A DNA stretch of 64,000 bases from a virus (Duplodnaviria; Heunggongvirae; Uroviricota; Caudoviricetes). The stretch lies in the IMG/VR virus record IMGVR_UViG_3300033074_002207; one strand, given 5' to 3'. The stretch's first letter is position 1. Each line of letters begins with the position of its first letter. A program made the position numbers and the translations under genes. The notes beneath the pieces were generated by a model. The model saw only the letters and a list, made by a program, of their open reading frames with translations. It was not told where the DNA came from and searched no databases. Shown here in pieces: positions 9,590 to 19,232 of the stretch.

Positions 9590-9994
9590 ATGAAAGACGA
9601 CATGTTTACATTCTATGTGATAAAAAACCTTGACACAGGTGAATATTTGTGCCGATGTCCACAGTCAGCGAGTGATTTGGGGTTTATTTGGACATCGAAG
9701 GCGAACGCAGCAAAAGTATATGCAACAATTGGTCCTGCTCGTGCAGCATCTACTACTATTTCCAGAATTTGTTATGATAATGATATACCCAAGCCAAATT
9801 TTGTTTTAGTAGAACTTGCCACCGTAGAGCATATTATTGACGACAGTATCAGGGCGGCAACAGCAGTGTCAAAAATTAGAAACAAGAAATCTCAACAGCA
9901 AAAAATCTACACACAACAAGAGATTCAGGCATTACATCAAGAAATGGCCGCAATGGCAAGAAAAATTTCTCAACTCAGCGGAAAGCAACAATGA
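9590..9994 (+). CDS. Hypothetical protein
   Basis: Start after TGTGCTATAAT (ATG 9590 or 9602); C-terminal coiled coil. Confidence 0.65.
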   Translation: MKDDMFTFYVIKNLDTGEYLCRCPQSASDLGFIWTSKANAAKVYATIGPARAASTTISRICYDNDIPKPNFVLVELATVEHIIDDSIRAATAVSKIRNKKSQQQKIYTQQEIQALHQEMAAMARKISQLSGKQQ

Positions 9995-9996
9995 TT

Positions 9997-10022
9997 TCCT
10001 CAAAATATATGTTGTCCAGATA
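9997..10022 (+). promoter_or_regulatory. TCCTCAA-N15-GATA putative promoter
   Basis: Motif, then 7 nt, then ATG 10030. Confidence 0.7.
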
Positions 10023-10029
10023 AATAGGC

Positions 10030-10089
10030 ATGATTCGAGATATCAGCAAGGTTTTGCTAGTTGAAGGTAATATGGCATATATGTTCTAA
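10030..10089 (+). pseudogene. Orphaned 5' end of the exonuclease gene
   Basis: MIRDISKVLLVEGNMAYMF* versus MIRDITKVLCLD at 10940. Confidence 0.75.
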
Positions 10090-10107
10090 TACCATAAAAG
10101 GTGTTAG

Positions 10108-10947
10108 ATGAAAACTAAAGAAATTACCTCCGAAATACGCTCGTTTGTCTTGTCAGAATACCAAAGGGGTGTTGGCACATGTGAGATTGCGGCACAGCTT
10201 GGTGTAAAGCGATGGGTACCCTGGCGGGTTTTATCACAGGCTGGTGTAAAAATGCGCCGCAAATCCGTTTATAAGAAAAAATATAACCAACAATTTTTCG
10301 ACACATACACTCCTGAGTCGGCATATTGGGCTGGTTTTATTTTGGCTGACGGAAATATAACTAGAGATTCTAGCTTGTTACAGATATCTTTAAGCCAAGT
10401 TGACGAGTTTCATCTGCTTAAATTTTGCCAAGCGATTGAGCTGGAAAGCAAATTGACCAAAGATAATGATTGCGTCAGGATGTCGGTGAGTGGCAAGCAT
10501 ATATGCAAAAGTTTAGCTGCTAATTTTGGGGTTCATCCTCGAAAAAGTAATATATGTGTTTTTCCAGAGCAAATTCCAGAATATTTGTGGTCGCATTTTA
10601 TTCGCGGCATATTTGACGGCGATGGAAGCGTAACGCATGGCAGCTACGTTAACAAAAGCATGGAGCAGAAGCATAATATTATAATTAATTTTACAGGCTC
10701 TGTTGAGTTATTAAATTTCCTCAAAAGTTTCTTTCATGAACATATAAATATTGTGGTGAAGCGCTCTTCGATGACGGGGGTTCCACCAACACACATTGTT
10801 GGGAAAAACAAACAAACTGGACAAATAGCTTACAGCGGTATAAATGCTGTCGCAATATTAGATTGGCTTTATGCTGAGTCTGATGAGGCAACAAGACTAA
10901 ACAGGAAGTATGAAAAATTTCAACATTTAAAAGAGTATTATGATTAG
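10108..10947 (+). CDS. Free-standing LAGLIDADG homing endonuclease
   Basis: YWAGFILADGNI and HFIRGIFDGDGSV; N-terminal HTH. Confidence 0.9.
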   Translation: MKTKEITSEIRSFVLSEYQRGVGTCEIAAQLGVKRWVPWRVLSQAGVKMRRKSVYKKKYNQQFFDTYTPESAYWAGFILADGNITRDSSLLQISLSQVDEFHLLKFCQAIELESKLTKDNDCVRMSVSGKHICKSLAANFGVHPRKSNICVFPEQIPEYLWSHFIRGIFDGDGSVTHGSYVNKSMEQKHNIIINFTGSVELLNFLKSFFHEHINIVVKRSSMTGVPPTHIVGKNKQTGQIAYSGINAVAILDWLYAESDEATRLNRKYEKFQHLKEYYD

Positions 10948-11518
10948 AGACATTACAAAAGTTCTGTGCCTGGACACAGAGCACACATGTTATGAAAACG
11001 GAAATTTTCCGCATGGAGAGCAGTCAGACATCATTCAAATTGGATGGTGTTGGTTGCTGTTGCCCTCGCTAGAGATTACCAAGCCGCAGATGTTATATGT
11101 TCGCCCCACAAGGTCACGCATCAGTGATTATTGTGTTGAACTCACAGGCATCACCCACAAGCAGGTAATGTCTGCGCCACCACTTGCACACGTTTGTCAG
11201 ACGCTTATTAACAAGCATGGCACACGCGCTCGACCGTGGATGACATGGGGATATGATATTGAGGGGCTAAAGGCTGAATGCGAGGCATTTGGCGCAACGT
11301 TCCCATTTTCAGAATCATATATCAATGCTCAGGACATGGCTTCTATTTTGCTCGGACTACCGTTGCGAATGGGATTAGACGCAACACTTCGTCTAATGGA
11401 CATGTCATTTATAGGCAATCATCACCAAGCACCAGATGACGCTTATAACTTGGCACGAATTGTGCAAAAGTGTTGCACACCAACCACAGAAAGATACGAT
11501 TATAAGAGGATAGGATAA
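10940..11518 (+). CDS. DEDDh 3'-5' exonuclease (KapD/ERI-1-like)
   Basis: CLDTEHTC, IIQIG, LTGITH, HHQAPDDAYN. Confidence 0.88.
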   Translation: MIRDITKVLCLDTEHTCYENGNFPHGEQSDIIQIGWCWLLLPSLEITKPQMLYVRPTRSRISDYCVELTGITHKQVMSAPPLAHVCQTLINKHGTRARPWMTWGYDIEGLKAECEAFGATFPFSESYINAQDMASILLGLPLRMGLDATLRLMDMSFIGNHHQAPDDAYNLARIVQKCCTPTTERYDYKRIG

Positions 11519-11531
11519 GGAGAAAGAATTT

Positions 11532-12794
11532 ATGACCAAACATGTATTGAAAAACGGCTTAACAGTATTAATGACACAAATGCCCCACGTTAAATCGGTT
11601 AGCGCGGGGATTTATGTTAAAACAGGCAGTGCCTACGAACCTGACACCAAGGCTGGCATGTCGCACTTCTTGGAGCATATGCTTTTCAAGGGCACCAAGA
11701 ATCGAACAGCCAAAGAGGTTGCCGCCGCAATTGAAGGCAAGGGCGGAATGCTAAACGCATACACCGATAGGGGTGTGACAGTATACTACGCCAAGGGTAT
11801 CTATACCGAAGTTGATACTATTCTTGATGTTCTTGCTGACATGTATCAAAATTCGCTTCTTGCTCCCGAGGAAATAGAACTAGAAAAGAAAGTGGTGTTG
11901 GAAGAAATTTCACGAGAATTTGATGACCCTGACAGTTTTATTCACAGTCTGTACATTTCACAACGATGGAATGGCTCATCATGGGGACGCCCTATCCTTG
12001 GAACCCGTGAAACTGTTAGCGCACTGACATCACAAGACCTGAAAAATTATGTGACAACTCATTATACTGCCCCAAACACTGTTGTTTCGATTGCGGGTAG
12101 TTTTGATGAAAAGCATGTTTTGGAACAGGTGGAAAAGCTGTTTTCTGGACTATCGAACGCAAATGTCGCAGAACCTGTATTTGCCAACACCATAAACCGC
12201 GAATCGCTGGCTATTCAGCGAGATGTTGAACAGGCTTGTTTTTGTATCGGGTTTAGCGGAATGTCCAACACGGACGAACGACGGCATACAATGCATGTCA
12301 TTAGCACCGCGTTAGGTGGCGAAATGTATAGTCGGCTCTTTCAAGAAATACGCGAAAAAAGAGGGTTGGCATATTCTGTGGGCACCTATACAGCGTCATA
12401 TAAGCACGATGGTTTGCTGGTTGTTTATGGTGGAACCAACTATAAAAATTGGGATACTGTGCAACAGATTGTCACAGAGCAAATTGCAGACATCACCAAA
12501 AATGGCTTGACATCACAAGAGTTTGAAATGTCCAAGGACAACAACATTGGGCTTACTATGTTAAGTCAAGAGCGCCCCGCTGACATTATGGCAAATCAAG
12601 CATACGACGAGATTAATCATGGGCGCAGAATCTCAGTCGAAGAAACTGTGCAAAAAATCAAAGATATCAACAATGATATGATAATCGAAGTGGCACAGCA
12701 GATATTTCCTGGCAATGAAAGCCATGCGATTATTTATCCAAAAAGCCACAAACCCGGCTTTTTGCGTGGTATACTTGGAATGTGGAGAAAGTAA
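11532..12794 (+). CDS. M16 (pitrilysin-family) zinc peptidase
   Basis: GMSHFLEHMLFKGT (HxxEH); SRLFQEIREKRGLAYSV. Confidence 0.95.
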   Translation: MTKHVLKNGLTVLMTQMPHVKSVSAGIYVKTGSAYEPDTKAGMSHFLEHMLFKGTKNRTAKEVAAAIEGKGGMLNAYTDRGVTVYYAKGIYTEVDTILDVLADMYQNSLLAPEEIELEKKVVLEEISREFDDPDSFIHSLYISQRWNGSSWGRPILGTRETVSALTSQDLKNYVTTHYTAPNTVVSIAGSFDEKHVLEQVEKLFSGLSNANVAEPVFANTINRESLAIQRDVEQACFCIGFSGMSNTDERRHTMHVISTALGGEMYSRLFQEIREKRGLAYSVGTYTASYKHDGLLVVYGGTNYKNWDTVQQIVTEQIADITKNGLTSQEFEMSKDNNIGLTMLSQERPADIMANQAYDEINHGRRISVEETVQKIKDINNDMIIEVAQQIFPGNESHAIIYPKSHKPGFLRGILGMWRK

Positions 12795-12798
12795 TTTT

Positions 12799-12824
12799 TC
12801 CTCAAACAAATCTTGCAAACAATA
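12799..12824 (+). promoter_or_regulatory. TCCTCAA-N15-AATA putative promoter of the ABC/OmpA operon
   Basis: Motif; ATG 8 nt later opens a 9-codon ORF, main ORF starts at 12869. Confidence 0.6.
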
Positions 12825-12868
12825 TAAACAACATGCTCCCGATGTGCGGGACTGGAGAATAAAAAACT

Positions 12869-14461
12869 ATGGAATCTCGAAGAAAAATGAAACCAGCAGG
12901 GAAGGCTATCCTTCTTATTGCGGCTGTCGCCATTCTTGGTGGCGGGTTTTACCTTTGGCGAACTCGTGGACACCAAGGCACCCTTGTAGAAAAGCTTACT
13001 GGCGCGGCTGCTACGGCACCCGTCGCTCTTGGAAGCGACCAAGGCACACTTGGACGCCCACTGCGTGTCGCTATCAACCAGTGGCCCGGATTTTCGCCTG
13101 GGCTTGTCGCCAACAATGGATTGGCAGCGAATAAGAATTCGCTCAACTGGAAGGATTATGGACTTCTTGTTGAATATACTATCATGGATGACCCCATCGC
13201 TATGACAAAGGCTTATGCCGCTGGCGACTTGGACATTATTTGGTCTACCATTGACTCAGCCGCTACACAGCTTGGCGGACTCAAGAAGGGCGGTGCAGAC
13301 ACTCGCGTATTTATGCAAGTGGACTGGAGTCGCGGTGGTGATGCTATTATTGCTGCTCGTGGCATCAACAGTATCGAAGACCTAAAGGGCAAGACTGTCG
13401 CTCTGATTACACAGAGCCCCTCAGAATTCTTGCTTCAATACGGCTTGCGCAACTCAAGCCTTGACGAAACTGAGCAGAAGGCTATTCTCAACCGCATGGT
13501 CGGTAATGATACGCCTGACCAGGTTATCAGCGCGTTTGTTGCTGGTAAGGTGGATGCGATTGTAACTTGGGAGCCCAACATCACTGCGGTGTTGAAGAGC
13601 GGTGCAGACCGTGGCGCACACGTTATTCTTTCTACTGCAACCATTGCAAATGCCATTGGTGACGTATTCATGGCTCGCTCCGAATTTATTCAGCAGAACC
13701 CTGAAGTTGTCAAAAAGTTTGCAGAGGCATGGTTTGCTGGTGCCCGTGAGGTTAATCGAAATACTCAGGGTGCAGTTGACCTGATGACTTCCAACCTGCC
13801 AATGTTTAAATCGCTGGGTCGAAATCAGACACTTGACACGTTTGCTCAGGTTAAGATTACCGATATGAGCGACAACATTAAGACCTTTGGTCTTGACGGA
13901 AAGGCTCCGCTTTATGATAGCATTTTCCGAAATGCTACTGACATGTACGCTTCTCGTGGTGTTCTTGAAAGTCGTGTTTCGCCCGATGAATCAAAGAACG
14001 TAACTGCTCTGCAAGCTTACTACGCTTCACTTCCGGTGGAAGACCAGAAAGCCGCCCCGAAGGAAGAGTTTAAGTTCCCCGCAAAGCAACGAGAACTTGC
14101 TAAGAGAGCACCTGCGGTGTTTACAAAGCAAATCACGATTAACTTTGCCACCAACAGCGCTGAGTTGACAGCAACATCCAAGGCTGTTCTGGACAAGAAT
14201 GTTGCGGGATTGGCAGAGATTGCATCGAATGCTTTCTTTAGAATCGAAGGTAACACTGACTCCAAGGGTAATGTGGACTTGAACATTGGTTTGAGTCAGC
14301 GACGTGCCCAAGCAGTTGTCAACTACCTTGTCAGCAAGGGATTCGATGCCAACCGCCTCATTCCTGTCGGAAATGGACCGACCAAGCCTGTTGCTTCGAA
14401 CGAAACAGCAGAGGGTCGTGCCGCCAATTGCCGCACAGACATTAAGGTGGTTGCGAAGTAA
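12869..14461 (+). CDS. ABC substrate-binding protein (NMT1/SsuA-like) fused to a C-terminal OmpA domain
   Basis: N-terminal TM anchor; DWSRGGDAII, DLKGKTVA, TWEP; INFATNSAEL, IEGNTDSKG, LSQRRAQAVVNYL. Confidence 0.9.
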   Translation: MESRRKMKPAGKAILLIAAVAILGGGFYLWRTRGHQGTLVEKLTGAAATAPVALGSDQGTLGRPLRVAINQWPGFSPGLVANNGLAANKNSLNWKDYGLLVEYTIMDDPIAMTKAYAAGDLDIIWSTIDSAATQLGGLKKGGADTRVFMQVDWSRGGDAIIAARGINSIEDLKGKTVALITQSPSEFLLQYGLRNSSLDETEQKAILNRMVGNDTPDQVISAFVAGKVDAIVTWEPNITAVLKSGADRGAHVILSTATIANAIGDVFMARSEFIQQNPEVVKKFAEAWFAGAREVNRNTQGAVDLMTSNLPMFKSLGRNQTLDTFAQVKITDMSDNIKTFGLDGKAPLYDSIFRNATDMYASRGVLESRVSPDESKNVTALQAYYASLPVEDQKAAPKEEFKFPAKQRELAKRAPAVFTKQITINFATNSAELTATSKAVLDKNVAGLAEIASNAFFRIEGNTDSKGNVDLNIGLSQRRAQAVVNYLVSKGFDANRLIPVGNGPTKPVASNETAEGRAANCRTDIKVVAK

Positions 14462-14483
14462 CCTGACGTAAGGTGAGCAAACA

Positions 14484-15254
14484 ATGGTTAGAAATCAACT
14501 TTCAGCAAAAAAAGACTTCGCTTTGGGTCTTGCAGGATTGACAACTTTGATTACGCTATGGTGTTTGCTCACCTACGGCGGGTTTGTAAAGCCTCTATTC
14601 CTTCCCTCTCCTACGGGGGTATGGGAAGGAATGGTGAGCTTTGCGAACAAGGGTTGGCTTGATAAAGCTGTGATTGCAAGTGCATGGAGAGTCCTTAAAT
14701 CACTCTTCCTTGTGTGTCTGGTTGGTATTCCTGTCGGAATCATCATGGGCGCATTTCCAGTCGCAGATGCCTTTCTACGCAAGATTATCAACGCTGGCAA
14801 GGCAGTACCGCCACCCGCTCTTATTGGATTGATTATCCTTTGGTTTTCAATCGAAGAGAAGGCGAAGATTATCTTTCTCTTTCTTGGCGCAATCTTTTAC
14901 CTGATTATTCTTGTCAAAGATGCAATCTCGAATGTCCGTGAAGAATATGTTCGTGTTGCAACGGATATGGGCGCGAACTCTTGGCAAGTGGTGTCTAAGG
15001 TGCTGATTCCCGGTGCAATGCCGCAGATTTGGGAAGCAGTTACAATCTCTAGCGGCATCATGTGGACATACATTATTTTGGCAGAGTTTATTAACTCAAG
15101 CCAGGAGCAAATTGGACTAGGATACTTATTGCAGATTGGAAGTCGCACACAAGAATCGGGTATGGTATATGCCGCGCTGATACTTATTGTGCTGATTTCA
15201 GTCAGCTTCGACTTTGTAATGAATAAGATTAAGAAGCACTACTTCTCTTGGTAA
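14484..15254 (+). CDS. ABC transporter permease (SsuC/TauC-like)
   Basis: LFLPSP, multiple TM helices, EAA-like loop EEYVRVATDMGA, IPGAMPQI. Confidence 0.92.
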   Translation: MVRNQLSAKKDFALGLAGLTTLITLWCLLTYGGFVKPLFLPSPTGVWEGMVSFANKGWLDKAVIASAWRVLKSLFLVCLVGIPVGIIMGAFPVADAFLRKIINAGKAVPPPALIGLIILWFSIEEKAKIIFLFLGAIFYLIILVKDAISNVREEYVRVATDMGANSWQVVSKVLIPGAMPQIWEAVTISSGIMWTYIILAEFINSSQEQIGLGYLLQIGSRTQESGMVYAALILIVLISVSFDFVMNKIKKHYFSW

Positions 15255-15258
15255 AGAC

Positions 15259-16191
15259 ATGAGCGATAACAAAACACTACAAGAAATTTTAGCAGACGCA
15301 TCTAGCGGTAAGGCATCCGTTGCGCCTAACGAGGCTGTGGCAACCATGCCAGATACACAAGTCCAGATTGCCCCACCACCGCCTGTTATCGAAATGGTTC
15401 ATGTCAGCAAGTGGTTTAATAAACCCACCAAGGAAGATAAAGAAGGTCGCATTGATGTGGTTAATGATGTTACTCTGGTGGTTGAAGACAACCCCAATGG
15501 TGAGTTCATCGCCATTCTTGGACCATCCGGTTGTGGTAAATCCACTCTATTAAATCTCTTGGCTGGACAGTTTGCACCCAATATCGGAACTGTGAAAACG
15601 TTTGGTAGCAATGTTGAGGGCGATAATCCGCAAGCGGTAACTGTTCAACAGGCATATACAACGTTTGACTGGCGTGATGTGCTGAGCAACGTTGAGCTTG
15701 GATTGGAGATTCAACGTGTTCCTAAAAAGGAACGTGAAGCCATTGCAATGCACTATCTGGAGAAGGTAGGACTTGCCGATAGAGCTTATGCGTTTCCGAA
15801 GGAGTTGTCTGGTGGCATGAAACAGCGTGTGGCTCTTGCTAGAGCTTTAGCCATGAAACCCCGTCTCATGCTTATGGATGAACCATTTGGAGCATTGGAT
15901 GCTAATATCCGCGAAGAGATGCAGCAGATGCTTTTAAATATCTGGCATGAAGAAAAGAACACAATCTTTTTCATCACCCATGATATCACCGAAGCGGCAC
16001 TGTTGGCAGACAGGGTTGTGGTAATGAGCCCAAGACCCACAACTATTATTCATGATGTTGTGGTACCATTTGATAGAAATAGTCGCACAGCCGAATTGAC
16101 TTTAACTCAAGAATTCAACAAGTTCGTTCAAGAGCTTCTGGGAGTCTTGAAGAATCAAGATGGTGGTGGACAGATTAGAGTATCTGTGTGA
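15259..16191 (+). CDS. ABC transporter ATP-binding protein (SsuB/TauB-like)
   Basis: GPSGCGKST, LSGGMKQRVALARAL, LMDEPFGALD, FITHD. Confidence 0.95.
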   Translation: MSDNKTLQEILADASSGKASVAPNEAVATMPDTQVQIAPPPPVIEMVHVSKWFNKPTKEDKEGRIDVVNDVTLVVEDNPNGEFIAILGPSGCGKSTLLNLLAGQFAPNIGTVKTFGSNVEGDNPQAVTVQQAYTTFDWRDVLSNVELGLEIQRVPKKEREAIAMHYLEKVGLADRAYAFPKELSGGMKQRVALARALAMKPRLMLMDEPFGALDANIREEMQQMLLNIWHEEKNTIFFITHDITEAALLADRVVVMSPRPTTIIHDVVVPFDRNSRTAELTLTQEFNKFVQELLGVLKNQDGGGQIRVSV

Positions 16192-16195
16192 ATTT

Positions 16196-17134
16196 ATGGA
16201 AAACCGATTTCGACAAGCATTACACGAGGATTATAACAAAATTGGACTTGCAGCCTTTGCTGCATTGTCAGTGGTGTTCTTAACTCCAATCCCGCTATTT
16301 GTGGGATTGGGATTAGAAACACTCTATCTCTTGTTCTTTCCAGACTCCGCTCTTTATGACAAGATTTTGCTCGAAAGACAAAAGAAAGCTATTTTGGAGT
16401 ATAGAGAAGCACTAAAAGAAAAGGTGTTTCCAAGGGCTTCACACGAGTTTGTGAACGATTACAACGAACTAGAAAGCGCACGTTCACAGTTGGATGATGA
16501 ATATGAGCGTTCAAATGACTGGAAAGATGTAATTGATAGGTTGGATTTGCTGCTCAACAAATATCTGGAGTTCGCTTTGCTAAGATTCAAGCTTGAGAAA
16601 TATATCTCTGGGTTGTCTGAACAAGCAGAGGAAGAGCTTCCTGAAATGTTGAGTCCAAAAAACAATGCCACTTCAGAGTTGCGCAAAAGACTTCAGGCAA
16701 CACAAAAAAGCGCATCAGAATACAGTGATAGCACTGTTCGATGGGTGGAAACACAAATGTCATCTATTCGACTGTATTTTGAAAGCCAGATTATGGCAAT
16801 CCAACAATTAATGACAGAAGAAGAAGTGCGCGTAGCCAACGGGACTGGTAACATTAACAATCTCGATACGCTACGCAAGCGCATAGATATTCAAAAAATG
16901 ATGTTGAATCAAGCGGAAAAGATGGGGCAGTGTTTAACCAATCTCAATCAACAGATGGCTTTAATGGCTGAAACCATTAATCTCATCAATGGTCAGGTTA
17001 GCTCAAGACAGCCTGGACAGGTATTGCAAGAGATTGAAAATCTGGTGGACCAGTCAGAAACAGTTTCTAATTTCTTGCAAGATTTAACAGCATTCAGCGA
17101 TACAGAGTCACAACAAATTCTACTAACGAGGTAA
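16196..17134 (+). CDS. Membrane-anchored coiled-coil hypothetical protein
   Basis: N-terminal hydrophobic hairpin, long heptad region; start placed at ATG 16196. Confidence 0.75.
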   Translation: MENRFRQALHEDYNKIGLAAFAALSVVFLTPIPLFVGLGLETLYLLFFPDSALYDKILLERQKKAILEYREALKEKVFPRASHEFVNDYNELESARSQLDDEYERSNDWKDVIDRLDLLLNKYLEFALLRFKLEKYISGLSEQAEEELPEMLSPKNNATSELRKRLQATQKSASEYSDSTVRWVETQMSSIRLYFESQIMAIQQLMTEEEVRVANGTGNINNLDTLRKRIDIQKMMLNQAEKMGQCLTNLNQQMALMAETINLINGQVSSRQPGQVLQEIENLVDQSETVSNFLQDLTAFSDTESQQILLTR

Positions 17135-17140
17135 ACAACT

Positions 17141-17872
17141 ATGGGATTAAAAGAACTAGCAAAAAAGGCAAGCGGCATCTTCTTCGAGGATGTTGGCAAC
17201 ACACTCGACCAAACTCAGGATAGCGGCGGGTTAGACCCAGATTTATTGAAGAAACTTCAGGGTAACTCATCAATAACCCTGGATGAACTAAACAAACAAC
17301 TGGGCGGCACAACACAACCAACAGTTGCGGTTGACCAGTCTGTTATACAGCCAAGTCAGGCACCAGTCAACAAGCCACCAGCCGCGCCAATCGTCAATGG
17401 CAATGTTGTAGATTTTTCACCGATTTACAATGAGGCGCAAATTCCAACTGCACCTTTGTCGGCGGAAGAGTTCTTAAAGATGTTGGCAGATTTGGGAGAA
17501 GACATTCCCCTGACTGCCAAGCGAACAATGGCTGGCACAATGCTGAAGGCATTGGCAAAGAACACTCCGGGGTTGACTTCAGTGACCATTGTTAATGATG
17601 CTTTGGCTAAGATTAAAGCTCTTGCTGCATACAATGATGGTGTTAAGACACAGTTGGACAGCTTTGTGGCTGACCGAGAAAAAGCCATCGCTGATGCTCA
17701 AGCCAGGATTGAATCTGAGAAGAAGGCAATGGAAACAGCCAAACAGCGTGTCGCTCAAATCACCACTTGGTGTGAAGATGAAGGGAACGTACTGGATGAT
17801 GTTCTTGAATTCTTTAGTTCTGACACGGGCGCATCACGGCTTGCCACAGAAGAACCCGTTCTGAAGGTTTAA
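17141..17872 (+). CDS. Hypothetical protein (Pro-rich linker, C-terminal coiled coil)
   Basis: 243-aa ORF closing the operon. Confidence 0.75.
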   Translation: MGLKELAKKASGIFFEDVGNTLDQTQDSGGLDPDLLKKLQGNSSITLDELNKQLGGTTQPTVAVDQSVIQPSQAPVNKPPAAPIVNGNVVDFSPIYNEAQIPTAPLSAEEFLKMLADLGEDIPLTAKRTMAGTMLKALAKNTPGLTSVTIVNDALAKIKALAAYNDGVKTQLDSFVADREKAIADAQARIESEKKAMETAKQRVAQITTWCEDEGNVLDDVLEFFSSDTGASRLATEEPVLKV

Positions 17873-17881
17873 GCGAGAAGT

Positions 17882-17916
17882 AAAAAGAGAGGCTGAAACT
17901 TCAGCCTCTCTTTTTT
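17882..17916. terminator. Bidirectional intrinsic terminator
   Basis: AAAAAGAGAGGCTGAAACTTCAGCCTCTCTTTTTT between convergent genes. Confidence 0.9.
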
Positions 17917-17935
17917 GTTTATCATCCCACGCCAA

Positions 17936-19105
17936 CTACCAGCGTCGAAGCGCGTAGTTTTCGATGTAGATGCCGTTTTCAGCAGCCCAGCGCTTTAGCA
18001 TTCCTGCCTCGTGATTATCTGGCATTCGATTCACAGAACACCGAGCCTGAACAACACTTCGACCGCTACGCACCTCAATGGTGACGCGATATTGTTCATC
18101 GCCAGGTGTGTAAATTGAGTTGCCCTCGTCATCAACACCGATAGTCTTTTTATAGTATCCGCGCATCGAAAAGATGTGACATGTGCCGCTCACACAAGCC
18201 GAGACATAGCTGAACACACAGTGTTTTTGCTTTCTGCCTTCGTTTGCAAGCTCTTTGTTGTCGCACAACTCTTGCACCTGCCAGATATAATGGTTGTCGA
18301 TATACTCCCAATCTTTCACATTCATGGACTTCCACTGAACGTGCTTGCCCAATTTTGCCTTTTGCATCATGTGGTGCCATTCATTAGACAGACCAATCAT
18401 AGACGTTGATGTGCGACCCTTAAAGCGGAATTCCACGTCGTTGCGCAGTTTCCACGCTACAAAGTCTGTTACCGCATCAAAATCCTGTTTATCAAGAGCG
18501 CGACCGTGGTTTGCATAAAATGTAACCACTTCAGCGAGTCGTCCATCTTCATCCAAAATATCATCTGGATTATTGAAGAAGTAATTGCCAAAAATTCTTT
18601 CGATAAGCTGCTTGGCTTGGCGCTCATCTACTCCAGCGTGCTTCAACCTTGCCCACCAAAAATTCTTATGGATTTCGGTATATGGTGCATTCAGAAAGTA
18701 GTAAGCCTCTTTTGCGTTCATGTACGGCTTCACCATTTTGGTGAAGCTACGACCTTGAGCAAGTGCCAAAAACCATGCACGATAAGTTTCGTGCATTTTT
18801 GGATAGGGCTGCTTAAAATCCTTGCGTAAAACATCGTACATCCAGTAGGGGCATGAATATTTCACATACAGATGTCGAATTAATCCAACAACCTGTTTAT
18901 CCTGATTGTATGAACGGTTTGGGTATGCTTCCAGCGGACGAACTTCAAATTCTTTGTCCACCCACACCAACTGATTTGTTAGCGACGATACCGGAAGTCT
19001 TTTTGGACCCTTTTTCTGTTTTTGTGCATTCGATTTGCGCAGCGTCTCAAGATATCTTGCCTCTATTTCGGCTTGTCTCTGCTGTTTTTCCGCCAATCTT
19101 CCCAT
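17936..19105 (-). CDS. PcfJ-like domain protein
   Basis: ELANEGRKQKHCVFSY...VTIEV..VVQAR..VN. Confidence 0.8.
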   Translation of the reverse strand: MGRLAEKQQRQAEIEARYLETLRKSNAQKQKKGPKRLPVSSLTNQLVWVDKEFEVRPLEAYPNRSYNQDKQVVGLIRHLYVKYSCPYWMYDVLRKDFKQPYPKMHETYRAWFLALAQGRSFTKMVKPYMNAKEAYYFLNAPYTEIHKNFWWARLKHAGVDERQAKQLIERIFGNYFFNNPDDILDEDGRLAEVVTFYANHGRALDKQDFDAVTDFVAWKLRNDVEFRFKGRTSTSMIGLSNEWHHMMQKAKLGKHVQWKSMNVKDWEYIDNHYIWQVQELCDNKELANEGRKQKHCVFSYVSACVSGTCHIFSMRGYYKKTIGVDDEGNSIYTPGDEQYRVTIEVRSGRSVVQARCSVNRMPDNHEAGMLKRWAAENGIYIENYALRRW

Positions 19106-19112
19106 GATGCTA

Positions 19113-19138
19113 TATGTATTATAGCCAAAAAATGAGGA
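19113..19138 (-). promoter_or_regulatory. TCCTCAT-N15-CATA putative promoter
   Basis: Motif on the - strand, then 7 nt, then ATG 19105. Confidence 0.7.
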
Positions 19139-19172
19139 AATTATCCAAATATTAGAGATGAAGCAGTGATTT

Positions 19173-19198
19173 TCCTCAAAAGCGCGGTATAATCCATA
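19173..19198 (+). promoter_or_regulatory. TCCTCAA-N15-CATA putative promoter (divergent partner)
   Basis: Motif; next ATG is at 19233 (leadered). Confidence 0.6.
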
Positions 19199-19232
19199 TA
19201 GGCTTATAAATACAAGCTAGGGTAACAACATC

